Of a DNA stretch of 64,000 bases, positions 40,214 to 48,043 are shown piece by piece. Source of the stretch: an uncultured Pseudomonadota bacterium (lineage in GTDB: Bacteria > Oederibacteriota > Muellerivitia > Muellerivitales > Muellerivitaceae); assembly GCA_963770835.1 (NCBI GenBank), contig CAVYRH010000004.1, positions 544,001 through 608,000 on the forward strand. The letters are read 5' to 3'. A program made the translations under genes and the position numbers. The number at the start of each line of letters is the position of its first letter. Within the stretch, counting starts at the first letter, position 1. Below the pieces are notes generated by a model. That model made no database searches. It had not been told where the DNA came from and saw only the letters and a list, made by a program, of their open reading frames with translations.

Positions 40214-40912
40214 TTACGTCAGGTCGAAAAGAAGTATTTCCGTGGGCCCCAGGGCCGTGAAAGAAACGGCATTTTCGCCCGAAAAACCCGCCCCATCCCC
40301 CGCTTGAAGTTGAAGGCCGTTCAAGCCGATCCCGCCTTTGACCACGTGAAGCCAAGCCTTCCGACCGGGTTTCAGCTCATGGATCATGTGGTTCCCTTTG
40401 TGGATGAGCGTTGAGTACATTTGGACGTCCTGCTGGATCTTCAGCGAGGCTTCTTTACCGTCGGGGGAGGCGATGAGCCTCAGGATTCCCTTGCGCTCGG
40501 CGAGGGTGAAGAGTCTTTTACTCCCCCCCGGCTCCAACACACCTACGCCCGGGGTGAATCCGCTTTGGAAGACATGCGCGGCGTCGGAAGGCGAGGCGTT
40601 GAAGGTGTATTGTTTGGCGCCCAGGGCGGCATTAACGTGGAAGAAATCCCCCGGTTCCATCAAGCCGTTTTGCCCCAAAGGGCCGTTGCAGATCACCACG
40701 CCCTCGTGGACATAGGTCACCACCACCATGTCCTTGTGAGTATGGAGAATGAACGCCCTGCCGGGGAAAATCTCCTCTTCGTTGAATATCTTGAGCGCGC
40801 CGAATCCCTTTTGCAGGGGATCGTCCTTATTTTCCCAGTCGAAGGTCATCCAAGTGGTTTGGTCCTCATTGGCGATGTGGCGGCGTTCCGCGGACTTTCT
40901 CACCGAGATCAT
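40214..40912 (-). CDS. Pirin-family bicupin (YhhW/YhaK-like), metal site partly degenerate
   Basis: FGALKIFNEE, HTHKDM, LIASPDG, WLHVVKG, EILLFDL. Confidence 0.85.
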   Translation of the reverse strand: MISVRKSAERRHIANEDQTTWMTFDWENKDDPLQKGFGALKIFNEEEIFPGRAFILHTHKDMVVVTYVHEGVVICNGPLGQNGLMEPGDFFHVNAALGAKQYTFNASPSDAAHVFQSGFTPGVGVLEPGGSKRLFTLAERKGILRLIASPDGKEASLKIQQDVQMYSTLIHKGNHMIHELKPGRKAWLHVVKGGIGLNGLQLQAGDGAGFSGENAVSFTALGPTEILLFDLT

Positions 40913-40980
40913 AACCACCCTCACATGAAGCAAAATTATTTTGAATTAAGAGAAGCCCCAAAAAGCTAAACAGTTATATA

Positions 40981-40996
40981 AGCAAGAAATAAGCCG
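40981..40996 (-). promoter_or_regulatory. Sigma54 -24/-12 promoter for pirin gene
   Basis: Minus strand CGGCTTATTTCTTGCT (GG-N10-GC). Confidence 0.7.
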
Positions 40997-41057
40997 CGCG
41001 TTCGGCCGCTTTTTGCCCGTGTTTTGGGACTTCATGGGAATGGTCTTTTCGAAAGAA

Positions 41058-41090
41058 ATCAAAATGAGGGTCAGGGACGATCATTTTGAT
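41058..41090. promoter_or_regulatory. Paired enhancer site (UAS 1)
   Basis: ATCAAAATGAG-N11-ATCATTTTGAT. Confidence 0.8.
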
Positions 41091-41198
41091 CGGTTGGAAC
41101 CAAGCAAAGAGCCGATCAAAAAATTCTCCAACCGACTGGAATCAATTTTCTTCCTTTGTTCGGGGAGGGTTCGGGGGTTTCGTGTTCCGGAAACTTCG

Positions 41199-41214
41199 AG
41201 GCACGTTCCTTGCT
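41199..41214 (+). promoter_or_regulatory. Sigma54 promoter
   Basis: AGGCACGTTCCTTGCT, close to TGGCACG-N4-TTGC consensus. Confidence 0.8.
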
Positions 41215-41252
41215 CTAACCCTGTCTTGATAATGCATTCAAAGGAGAAATTC

Positions 41253-41528
41253 ATGCACGGTTCGATGGAGCTTCACCATTTCGTTTGGTTTTTGATCGTC
41301 GGCGGGTTGGCGGGATGGATCGCCAGTGTTTTGGTCAAGGGAGAGGGGTCGGGAATTATCGGGGATATCGTCCTCGGCGTTATCGGGGGGTTCATGGGCG
41401 GGTATTTCGCCTACCAATTCAACCTCAACGTTTATGGTTTTTGGGGCGCCCTCGGGATGGCGGTTTTGGGAGCGGTCGTTCTCCTGGCCGCCCTCCGGGT
41501 CTTTTGGCGTCCAAGGGGATTCGCTTAA
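41253..41528 (+). CDS. GlsB/YeaQ/YmgE stress-response membrane protein
   Basis: 'LIVGGLAGWIASVLV.G.GSGIIGDIVLGVIG'; AAGGAG RBS. Confidence 0.88.
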   Translation: MHGSMELHHFVWFLIVGGLAGWIASVLVKGEGSGIIGDIVLGVIGGFMGGYFAYQFNLNVYGFWGALGMAVLGAVVLLAALRVFWRPRGFA

Positions 41529-41617
41529 GAGCCGCCAACATCGGATTAACCATACCGAATGCCTTTGGCATCCGGTGCAACTCACCCAAGCCGTTCCAAG
41601 CTGGAAAAGGAGTAGGT

Positions 41618-41824
41618 ATGAAAAATTCACTGAAGTACTTGTTGGGGGTTGTGTTTCTAATGAGCTGTGGGATCGCGATGGCCGATGACGACCATCGTGA
41701 CGATCATGACCGGGCCCGTGTCATTATCGTGCCGGCAAGGCCCCATCACCACCGCCATCATTACTATCCGGTCGCCCATAACAATGTCGAGCTAAAGGTA
41801 GGGATCGGAACCGATCACCATTGA
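41618..41824 (+). CDS. Small secreted His/Asp-rich protein
   Basis: AAGGAG RBS; signal peptide; DDDHRDDHD and HHHRHH. Confidence 0.6.
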   Translation: MKNSLKYLLGVVFLMSCGIAMADDDHRDDHDRARVIIVPARPHHHRHHYYPVAHNNVELKVGIGTDHH

Positions 41825-41902
41825 TGGGTTGATTTCATGAGGGCATCAAGGATAGGTTTAATTAAGCCGGTTGGGGCATCACTTTAAGTGGGGGAGGTTT
41901 TT

Positions 41903-42157
41903 ATGCATTACCATGATCTCGTTTATATTTTACTGGTGGGTTTGGCCGCGGGGTTTTTGGCCGGAAAAATCATGAAGGGAAAGGGCTTCGGCCTGGTGGG
42001 CGACCTGGTGGTTGGCGTGTTGGGGGCCATTGTGGGTTCCTGGATATTTGGGGCATTGGGAATAGAGACCTATGGCCTCCTAGGATCCATTGTGGTCGCG
42101 TTGATCGGCGCGCTGCTTTTGCTTTACATCCTGCGGCTGGTTAAAAAGCGTAAATAG
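41903..42157 (+). CDS. GlsB/YeaQ/YmgE stress-response membrane protein
   Basis: 'LVGLAAGFLAGKIMKGKGFGLVGDLVVGVLGA'; GGAGG RBS. Confidence 0.9.
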   Translation: MHYHDLVYILLVGLAAGFLAGKIMKGKGFGLVGDLVVGVLGAIVGSWIFGALGIETYGLLGSIVVALIGALLLLYILRLVKKRK

Positions 42158-42329
42158 CCGGATTGTTTCCAGGAGAACCTTGGACTCCGGTCCTGACGGA
42201 AGCAAAAAAAAATTCACCGACGTGACCAAGTTGACCATCTCCCAAGCCTATTAATGGCGGCCAAGAATTGGTAGCGTGTTTTGGTTACGCAATGTCATCA
42301 GGACCGGCGGCGGTCCATTTGACCAAATT

Positions 42330-42527
42330 TTAGGATGAGGTACTTCCCAAATGGCGGGGAAGGGCAACCAAGGTTGATTCATCCCAAATCTCGAAAGTTT
42401 TATTTTTAAGGCGGATGAGGAAACCCGAAAACGACCCGTCAGCCCCTTTAAGGAGCCCGGAAGCGATGGTTCCCACCTTGTTGGTTTTGTAATTCCCGAC
42501 ATTTTGTTTCATTTTTAATTGACTCAT
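42330..42527 (-). CDS. Small hypothetical protein (possibly truncated)
   Basis: AGGGGA RBS; preceded by candidate sigma54 promoter. Confidence 0.35.
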   Translation of the reverse strand: MSQLKMKQNVGNYKTNKVGTIASGLLKGADGSFSGFLIRLKNKTFEIWDESTLVALPRHLGSTSS

Positions 42528-42552
42528 AAAATCCCCTTTTTCACCAAGTTAC

Positions 42553-42568
42553 CGCAATTAGCAAGCCG
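42553..42568 (-). promoter_or_regulatory. Candidate sigma54 promoter
   Basis: Minus strand CGGCTTGCTAATTGCG (GG-N10-GC). Confidence 0.5.
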
Positions 42569-42606
42569 TTGTTATGTTGATAACGGTTGGTATACGCCAA
42601 TCTCTC

Positions 42607-42786
42607 TTAATGTACTTCAATCCTGGGCAAGTGAACATGGTAGTCACGGCTCCTGTCCTGAAAATACCCGACGGCGATGAGGGCGACAACCGCGATCACC
42701 ATTCCCACCAGGATGTAATAACCGTTCGTTCCGCCCCTTTGGCTGTTGCTTCCGCCTTGGCGGGTCCGTATGCCGATGATTTTCAT
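42607..42786 (-). CDS. Small single-TM protein
   Basis: GAGG RBS; hydrophobic 'YILVGMVIAVVALIAVGYF'. Confidence 0.55.
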   Translation of the reverse strand: MKIIGIRTRQGGSNSQRGGTNGYYILVGMVIAVVALIAVGYFQDRSRDYHVHLPRIEVH

Positions 42787-42837
42787 TGTTTCCTCTTCCG
42801 TTGAAAATTTTTCCTGCAATCGTCTTTGATCATAGAA

Positions 42838-42853
42838 AGCAAGAAACAAGCCG
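42838..42853 (-). promoter_or_regulatory. Sigma54 promoter
   Basis: Minus strand CGGCTTGTTTCTTGCT; one mismatch to pirin promoter. Confidence 0.7.
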
Positions 42854-42918
42854 TGTCCTTTTGGGCTATTAATCACGCTTTATCACTCTCCTTTGAGTAC
42901 GCGGGTCCGCGAAAAGGA

Positions 42919-42950
42919 ATCAAAATGAGGGAAAAGACCATCGTTTTGAT
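42919..42950. promoter_or_regulatory. Paired enhancer site (UAS 2)
   Basis: ATCAAAATGAG-N10-ATCGTTTTGAT. Confidence 0.8.
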
Positions 42951-43058
42951 CGGCTATTCGTTCATTGGAACCCGAAGATAATTTTCCCGGACAACATGAA
43001 AGCGGTTCATTCCGGGACTGGTGGAGGATTCGGCAAAGGATCTCGCCTTTACTCCGCG

Positions 43059-43074
43059 CGGAACGGAACTTGCT
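43059..43074 (+). promoter_or_regulatory. Sigma54 promoter
   Basis: CGGAACGGAACTTGCT. Confidence 0.75.
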
Positions 43075-43138
43075 CTAACCCCTCTCCTGGATTTCATCGC
43101 AGCTGTGGGATTCAAAAAAATTCTGAGGAGACGCAAAA

Positions 43139-43942
43139 GTGAAAAAGTTTTTTAGTTTAAGCATCATGGCTTTTCTTCCGGCCGCTTTTATCGCAACGGC
43201 TATTATTGGATGTAACGCCAAAAGTTCGGATCCATCGAGTCCAAGCGGCCCCGGGCCGACCGCAACCGTAACTTCAACCCCGGCGTCCTATACGACGCCC
43301 CAAGCGACCCCCATGGCGATGGTCGTCCTTAATTCAGCCGCGAATTACGTGGTCTTATCCGCCACGGGGATCACCAACAGCGGGCCCAGCACGACCTGCG
43401 GCGGTTATGGGGTCTATCCGGATGGATTGACCTCCGTGACGGGGTCGCCCGCCATCGTGGAGAGTTGCGGGGGAGCCATCGATGTAGGGGATGCCGCCGC
43501 GGACACCGCCCAAGGAGACTTGGGTACGGCCTACACCGATGCCATGGGACGCACCGGAGGGGCCCTATTGCCGCCCGGCGCCGATATCGGGGGCCAAACC
43601 CTTTATCCCGGCCTCTATGTTGAAACAGGCAACCTCAATATAGCCTCGGCTGACCTTACCCTGAACGCCCAGGGAAACTCGAGCGCCGTCTTTATTTTCC
43701 AGGTTAACGGCAACCTGGTCGTAGGACCCGGCCGGCAAGTTATCCTGTCCGGCGGCGCGAAGGCCTCCAACCTATTTTGGGCGGTGACCGGTTACGCAGC
43801 CCTTAATACGACGGTGGCTTTCCAGGGAAGCATCATGGCTCATACGGCGGTTACCTTTAACACGGGCGCCAGGTTGACGGGAAGGGCTTTGGCGGAGACG
43901 GCGGATGTGACGTTGCTGACCAATACCATCACCCACCCCTAA
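43139..43942 (+). CDS. Ice-binding-like (DUF3494) lipoprotein
   Basis: Lipobox IIGC; 'GGQTLYPGLY', 'LNAQGNSSAVFIFQ', 'GGAKASNLFWAV', 'GRALA'. Confidence 0.88.
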   Translation: MKKFFSLSIMAFLPAAFIATAIIGCNAKSSDPSSPSGPGPTATVTSTPASYTTPQATPMAMVVLNSAANYVVLSATGITNSGPSTTCGGYGVYPDGLTSVTGSPAIVESCGGAIDVGDAAADTAQGDLGTAYTDAMGRTGGALLPPGADIGGQTLYPGLYVETGNLNIASADLTLNAQGNSSAVFIFQVNGNLVVGPGRQVILSGGAKASNLFWAVTGYAALNTTVAFQGSIMAHTAVTFNTGARLTGRALAETADVTLLTNTITHP

Positions 43943-43966
43943 GGGATGGGATTTAAGGATCGAAGG

Positions 43967-44007
43967 AAACACAGGCCGGGACAAGTTCCCGGCCTGTGTT
44001 TTTATTT
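43967..44007 (+). terminator. Rho-independent terminator
   Basis: AAACACAGGCCGGGA-CAAGT-TCCCGGCCTGTGTTTTT. Confidence 0.8.
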
Positions 44008-44072
44008 CGGCTTAAATTTAAACCGAACTGTAGCTTTGACAAAGCAATCCCAAAAAAACCAAAGGCTATTTA

Positions 44073-44201
44073 GCCACAGATGAATGGGATTAACTCAGAT
44101 GGCAAAAACCAATCATCAATTGGTTTAAATTTAAATGAATTCCCGGGTTTTTAAGATTTGATTTTCCCAAATCCATCCCCTTTATCCCATTTATCTGTGG
44201 C
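44073..44201. repeat. Intergenic element with 18-bp inverted ends
   Basis: GCCACAGATGAATGGGAT ... ATCCCATTTATCTGTGGC (1 mismatch). Confidence 0.55.
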
Positions 44202-44252
44202 AAAAATGATTTGCTTTGGGAAGTGCATAGTTCCACGTCCGTTCAGAAAAGA

Positions 44253-44284
44253 ATCAAAACGTTAGTTGGAAAGATCATTTTGAT
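44253..44284. promoter_or_regulatory. Paired enhancer site (UAS 3)
   Basis: ATCAAAACGTT-N10-ATCATTTTGAT. Confidence 0.75.
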
Positions 44285-44389
44285 CGGCCGCCCGCGATCG
44301 AAGCCCATCGAAAATCCCACCCAAGGCCTAATACCGCTGTTTCTTGGGCTCGCAGGGGATTCTGAATAAGGCCCCATCAAAACCCAATA

Positions 44390-44405
44390 GGGTACGGAAC
44401 TTGCC
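44390..44405 (+). promoter_or_regulatory. Sigma54 promoter
   Basis: GGGTACGGAACTTGCC. Confidence 0.75.
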
Positions 44406-44460
44406 CTAACACCTCTCCTGGCGTTTTCGCCTTCCAAAAGATTTGAAGGAAAGAGTGATT

Positions 44461-45297
44461 GTGAAAAAGGTTATGGGTTGTTTATTCGGGTTAACTTTGT
44501 TTACGGCCGCTTTTTTGGCCGGATGCGGCGGCGATAACGCACCTTTGAGTTCAGGAAATACCGGGAAATATGGGGTAGGGACGTCCCCGGATACCGTGAC
44601 CCCCAATACAACCCCCACCACAACCGTAACAGTAACCTTCACCTCAACCCCGGCTTCCTATACGACTCCCCAAACGACCCCTGTGGCCATGGTCAACCTG
44701 GGATCGGCCGCGAATTACGTGGTGTTGTCTAACACCGGAATCACGAACACCGGCGCCACCACGGTTTGCGGAAACCTTGGGACCTTTCCGAGCTCTTCGG
44801 TGGGTGTTGGGATTGTGGTGATCTGCGACGGAACCACGCAAATTGCCACCGGGGCCGCGGGTACGGCGGAAACGGATTTGGGTACGGCCTACACCGACGC
44901 CATGGGACGGACCGGCGGAGCCGTTGTGACCAACGCCGATATCGGGGGCCAAACCCTTTACCCGGGCCTCTACGACGAAACAGGCAATCTCACCGTGTCC
45001 TCGGGGGATGTCCACTTGAACGCCAACGGAAACCCGAACGCCGTCTTTGTTTTCCAGGTTAATGGCGATCTTATGGTAGGAGCCGGCCGGCGGGTTTTCT
45101 TGGATAACGGTGCGCAAGCCGCCAACGTTTTTTGGGCGGTGCAGGGTTATGGCGTCCTGGGGCCGAATGTCCAATTCGCGGGTAATATCCTGGCCTATAC
45201 CTCCGTCTCCATGAATACCGGCGCCCAGTTGGTAGGCCGCGCTTTAGCCATGACCCAAAATGTCACTTTCCTAGCCAATCAAATCACGTTCCCATAA
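44461..45297 (+). CDS. Ice-binding-like (DUF3494) lipoprotein, paralog
   Basis: Lipobox LAGC; 'GGQTLYPGLY', 'GNPNAVFVFQ', 'AANVFWAV', 'GRALA'. Confidence 0.88.
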   Translation: MKKVMGCLFGLTLFTAAFLAGCGGDNAPLSSGNTGKYGVGTSPDTVTPNTTPTTTVTVTFTSTPASYTTPQTTPVAMVNLGSAANYVVLSNTGITNTGATTVCGNLGTFPSSSVGVGIVVICDGTTQIATGAAGTAETDLGTAYTDAMGRTGGAVVTNADIGGQTLYPGLYDETGNLTVSSGDVHLNANGNPNAVFVFQVNGDLMVGAGRRVFLDNGAQAANVFWAVQGYGVLGPNVQFAGNILAYTSVSMNTGAQLVGRALAMTQNVTFLANQITFP

Positions 45298-45388
45298 GTG
45301 ATGAGTCCCAAAGATTGGCAGAGGGCATTTCGCCATCGATAGATCCATGACTGAAAGCGGGGATTGCATGAAGGGTTGGGGAAAGTAC

Positions 45389-46048
45389 ATGAAATTTGGA
45401 ATTTTAGTCTTGTCAGCGGCAGTGGGATTTATGGGCCCGGTTTGTACTTACGGGTCCCCCACCGAACCCAAGAAACAGGCCCTGGATTTCATGGCCGGCA
45501 CACAGGTTTGGATCGAGGGAAATTCCTCGTTGCGTCGCCACTACCTTACCGCCGAGGGGATTTCAGCCAAGAGCGATTTAAGCACCTCGGATTCGGAGAT
45601 GAGAACCCTGTTGTCCTTGATCCTCAACCGCAAGGGCCACCAGCTCGTGGTGGCCCTGCCGGTGAAAAGCTTGAAATCGGGCGACCCCAACATGGACCAA
45701 AACGCCTATGAGAAGCTCAAGGCCAAGGATTTCCCCGACATTGTTTTCACCATGGGCGATTACACCGTGAAGGCCTATCCGGGCAGCCTCACCACCTACG
45801 CCCTGCTGGTATCCGGCAAACTGAGGATCGCGGGCGTGGAAAAGGACGTGGTCTTGGAGCCGACGATGGTCCTGGGAAAGGACGGCATCCGAATTTACGG
45901 CACCCAGGACATCTATCAAAAAGAATACGGAATTTCGCCCTATAGCGTGGCGGTGGTGATGACCACGGATGACAAGGTGGTGGTCCATTACATGATCGCG
46001 CTAGGATTGAAACAAAAGAGAAAAGCCAAAGTTTTCACCGAAAAGTAA
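45389..46048 (+). CDS. YceI-family protein (start uncertain)
   Basis: 'IEGNSSL', 'PVKSLKSG...MDQNAYEKLKA..FPDIVF', 'GKLRIAGVEK'. Confidence 0.75.
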   Translation: MKFGILVLSAAVGFMGPVCTYGSPTEPKKQALDFMAGTQVWIEGNSSLRRHYLTAEGISAKSDLSTSDSEMRTLLSLILNRKGHQLVVALPVKSLKSGDPNMDQNAYEKLKAKDFPDIVFTMGDYTVKAYPGSLTTYALLVSGKLRIAGVEKDVVLEPTMVLGKDGIRIYGTQDIYQKEYGISPYSVAVVMTTDDKVVVHYMIALGLKQKRKAKVFTEK

Positions 46049-46052
46049 GGGA

Positions 46053-46085
46053 ATCAAAATGAGGGTTAAAAAGGATCATTTTGAT
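46053..46085. promoter_or_regulatory. Paired enhancer site (UAS 4)
   Basis: ATCAAAATGAG-N11-ATCATTTTGAT. Confidence 0.8.
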
Positions 46086-46191
46086 CGACTCTTTGTTAAC
46101 AGGGTTCCCTGAAAAATTTCGAGGATGATAAGAAATCGATATTTATCGGGGCCGGTGGACCAACCAGGACAACTATTCCTTAAAAGCAGCA

Positions 46192-46207
46192 GGGTATGGA
46201 ACTTGCC
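46192..46207 (+). promoter_or_regulatory. Sigma54 promoter
   Basis: GGGTATGGAACTTGCC. Confidence 0.75.
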
Positions 46208-46260
46208 TTAACAAGTGGCAAGTAGGCAGAAAAATTAGAATCAAGGTGAAAGAGGTAAAC

Positions 46261-46773
46261 ATGTTTTCGGAATTCAGAAAAGGGATTTTGATGGGTTTGA
46301 TATTAGCTGGAATGTTTCTTTTGCCCGTCCTCGCGAAAGCGGACTCGGATTATCATCCGACCAATGACGGCGGAAATTTTGGCTTGGGGCTGGAATTCGG
46401 CGAGCCGGGATCATGGGGCGTGGCCGGAAAAATATGGGTGGACCGGGAAAACGCCTTTGCGCCCGCGTTGAAGTTCGATGACGGGGGAACGGCGATCCTG
46501 CAGCTGGATTATTTGTGGCATAACTTCGACATCATCCATATGAGGGACACCGACGGCGAAATGCCGCTTTACATCGGTTTGGGCGGCAACTTAGTGCTTC
46601 AAAACACGGTGGAATTCGCTGGCCGGATACCTGTTGGTATCTCCTATATCTTCGACAAGAGGAATGTCCCGGTGGACATCTATTTGCAGGCGGTCCCGAC
46701 CCTTTGGTTCCCGACCGGCGGCGAAACCACCTTCGACGTATATGGCGAAGTGGGCGCGCACTACTACTTTTAA
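46261..46773 (+). CDS. Small outer-membrane beta-barrel protein (DUF3996-like)
   Basis: Signal peptide; 'FGLGLEFGEP', 'LDYLWH', 'RIPVGISY', terminal 'HYYF'. Confidence 0.7.
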   Translation: MFSEFRKGILMGLILAGMFLLPVLAKADSDYHPTNDGGNFGLGLEFGEPGSWGVAGKIWVDRENAFAPALKFDDGGTAILQLDYLWHNFDIIHMRDTDGEMPLYIGLGGNLVLQNTVEFAGRIPVGISYIFDKRNVPVDIYLQAVPTLWFPTGGETTFDVYGEVGAHYYF

Positions 46774-46798
46774 TTGAGTAAAAGAAAGGATTTTCAAA

Positions 46799-46945
46799 AT
46801 GTTATACACGATCGCGGCGGTTCTGCTGATTCTCTGGCTTTTGGGTTTGGTGGGTTCCTACACGATGGGCGGCTTCATTCACGCTTTTTTGGTGGTGGCC
46901 CTCATCGTTTTAGCCGTCGGTTTCCTACAGGGCCGAAGGGCTTGA
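46799..46945 (+). CDS. lmo0937-family small membrane protein (48 aa, below ORF-track cutoff)
   Basis: MLYTIAAVLLILWLLGLVGSYTMGGFIHAFLVVALIVLAVGFLQGRRA; AAAGGA RBS. Confidence 0.85.
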   Translation: MLYTIAAVLLILWLLGLVGSYTMGGFIHAFLVVALIVLAVGFLQGRRA

Positions 46946-46973
46946 TTTCCTTGCGCGTAAGGAAGGCCATGGC

Positions 46974-47327
46974 ATGCAAAGACTTTTGGTTTTTAGCCTG
47001 ACCCTGGCCCTCGCGGGTTGCGGCACTTTAGGCATCAAGGATTCAAACCTGAAATTAAGGGTCGAACCCGATCCGGCGGTGAGGGGCAAAAAGGCTTTGT
47101 TCGTCCTCAACGCGCCCATGGATGCCGATAAAGTCATGGGAGTCCTCGAGATTTTCACCAGCCCGTCGTTTCAATTCGAAAAAGACCTAAAAAAGAAATA
47201 TTGGTTCATTTCCAACAAAATCCCCGAAACGGCCCTCGTGCCGCCGGGGATTTATTCGGTCCGGTTGTTTTATTCCTACAAAAATCACCCACCTCACTAC
47301 ATGAGGATGAAACTGCAACTGAAGTAA
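46974..47327 (+). CDS. Lipoprotein of unknown function
   Basis: Lipobox LAGC. Confidence 0.7.
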   Translation: MQRLLVFSLTLALAGCGTLGIKDSNLKLRVEPDPAVRGKKALFVLNAPMDADKVMGVLEIFTSPSFQFEKDLKKKYWFISNKIPETALVPPGIYSVRLFYSYKNHPPHYMRMKLQLK

Positions 47328-47347
47328 AGGTCTAGGGGGAAGGGTTC

Positions 47348-47821
47348 ATGAACCTCAAAAAGCCGGTTGGGCCGCGAACCGGCGCCAATTTTCACTTTAA
47401 TGCCGGCGCCCCTCCCCGCAAACCCGCGGCAAATGGCTTTCCGGGGATGAACCGGGAACCATTCGGGCCGAGGGCCCCGGCGGGGCGGGAAAGGGTGCCG
47501 CGATCGGTCCGGGAATTTTTAAGGGCCAGCCAAAACCGCCGCTGTAACGCCGCCTTGCGGCATCTTTTGCGCGCCTGGCCGGTTTATTCCAGCTTGAGCC
47601 TCGAATATGAGGAGTTGTTGGATTCGCTGAGGATGGCGCGGACCAGGCTGCGGTTGAAACCGGGGCGCCGGAAGCAGGACCCGGGCGATTTGAAAACCTT
47701 ATGTTCCATGATCGCGTGGACGGAAGAAAGGCTGGATTTGGCCCGGCTGATTTGTCCCCCCGGCGTCCGGCCGGGAAACGGCAATCTACAAAAAGCTAAA
47801 GGCTATTTAGCCGCAGACTGA
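47348..47821 (+). CDS. Hypothetical basic protein
   Basis: 157-aa ORF with GGGGA RBS. Confidence 0.5.
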   Translation: MNLKKPVGPRTGANFHFNAGAPPRKPAANGFPGMNREPFGPRAPAGRERVPRSVREFLRASQNRRCNAALRHLLRAWPVYSSLSLEYEELLDSLRMARTRLRLKPGRRKQDPGDLKTLCSMIAWTEERLDLARLICPPGVRPGNGNLQKAKGYLAAD

Positions 47822-48043
47822 CGCCGATCGACGCAGAAAAGTTGGACACTATGGGCGTATTTCGGCGACCACGGCGGTTTCAATGATTTGCTTTGCGAAA
47901 CGCTTAGTTCCGAAAAGGTTTGAAAGATTGGAATGCCCACCGGCCAAAACAGAAAAAGCGGCAAATCATAAAGATCCCTTTTAAACCCTGCTATCTTGCG
48001 CGAGAATTCATGCTTTAAAACACCTCCCGGCAGGAACAGCCCG

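Noticed and set aside
41058..46085. Repeated ~33-bp motif as CRISPR repeats
   Set aside because: Copies are 1.3-1.9 kb apart with genes between them; no cas genes; better explained as operator sites
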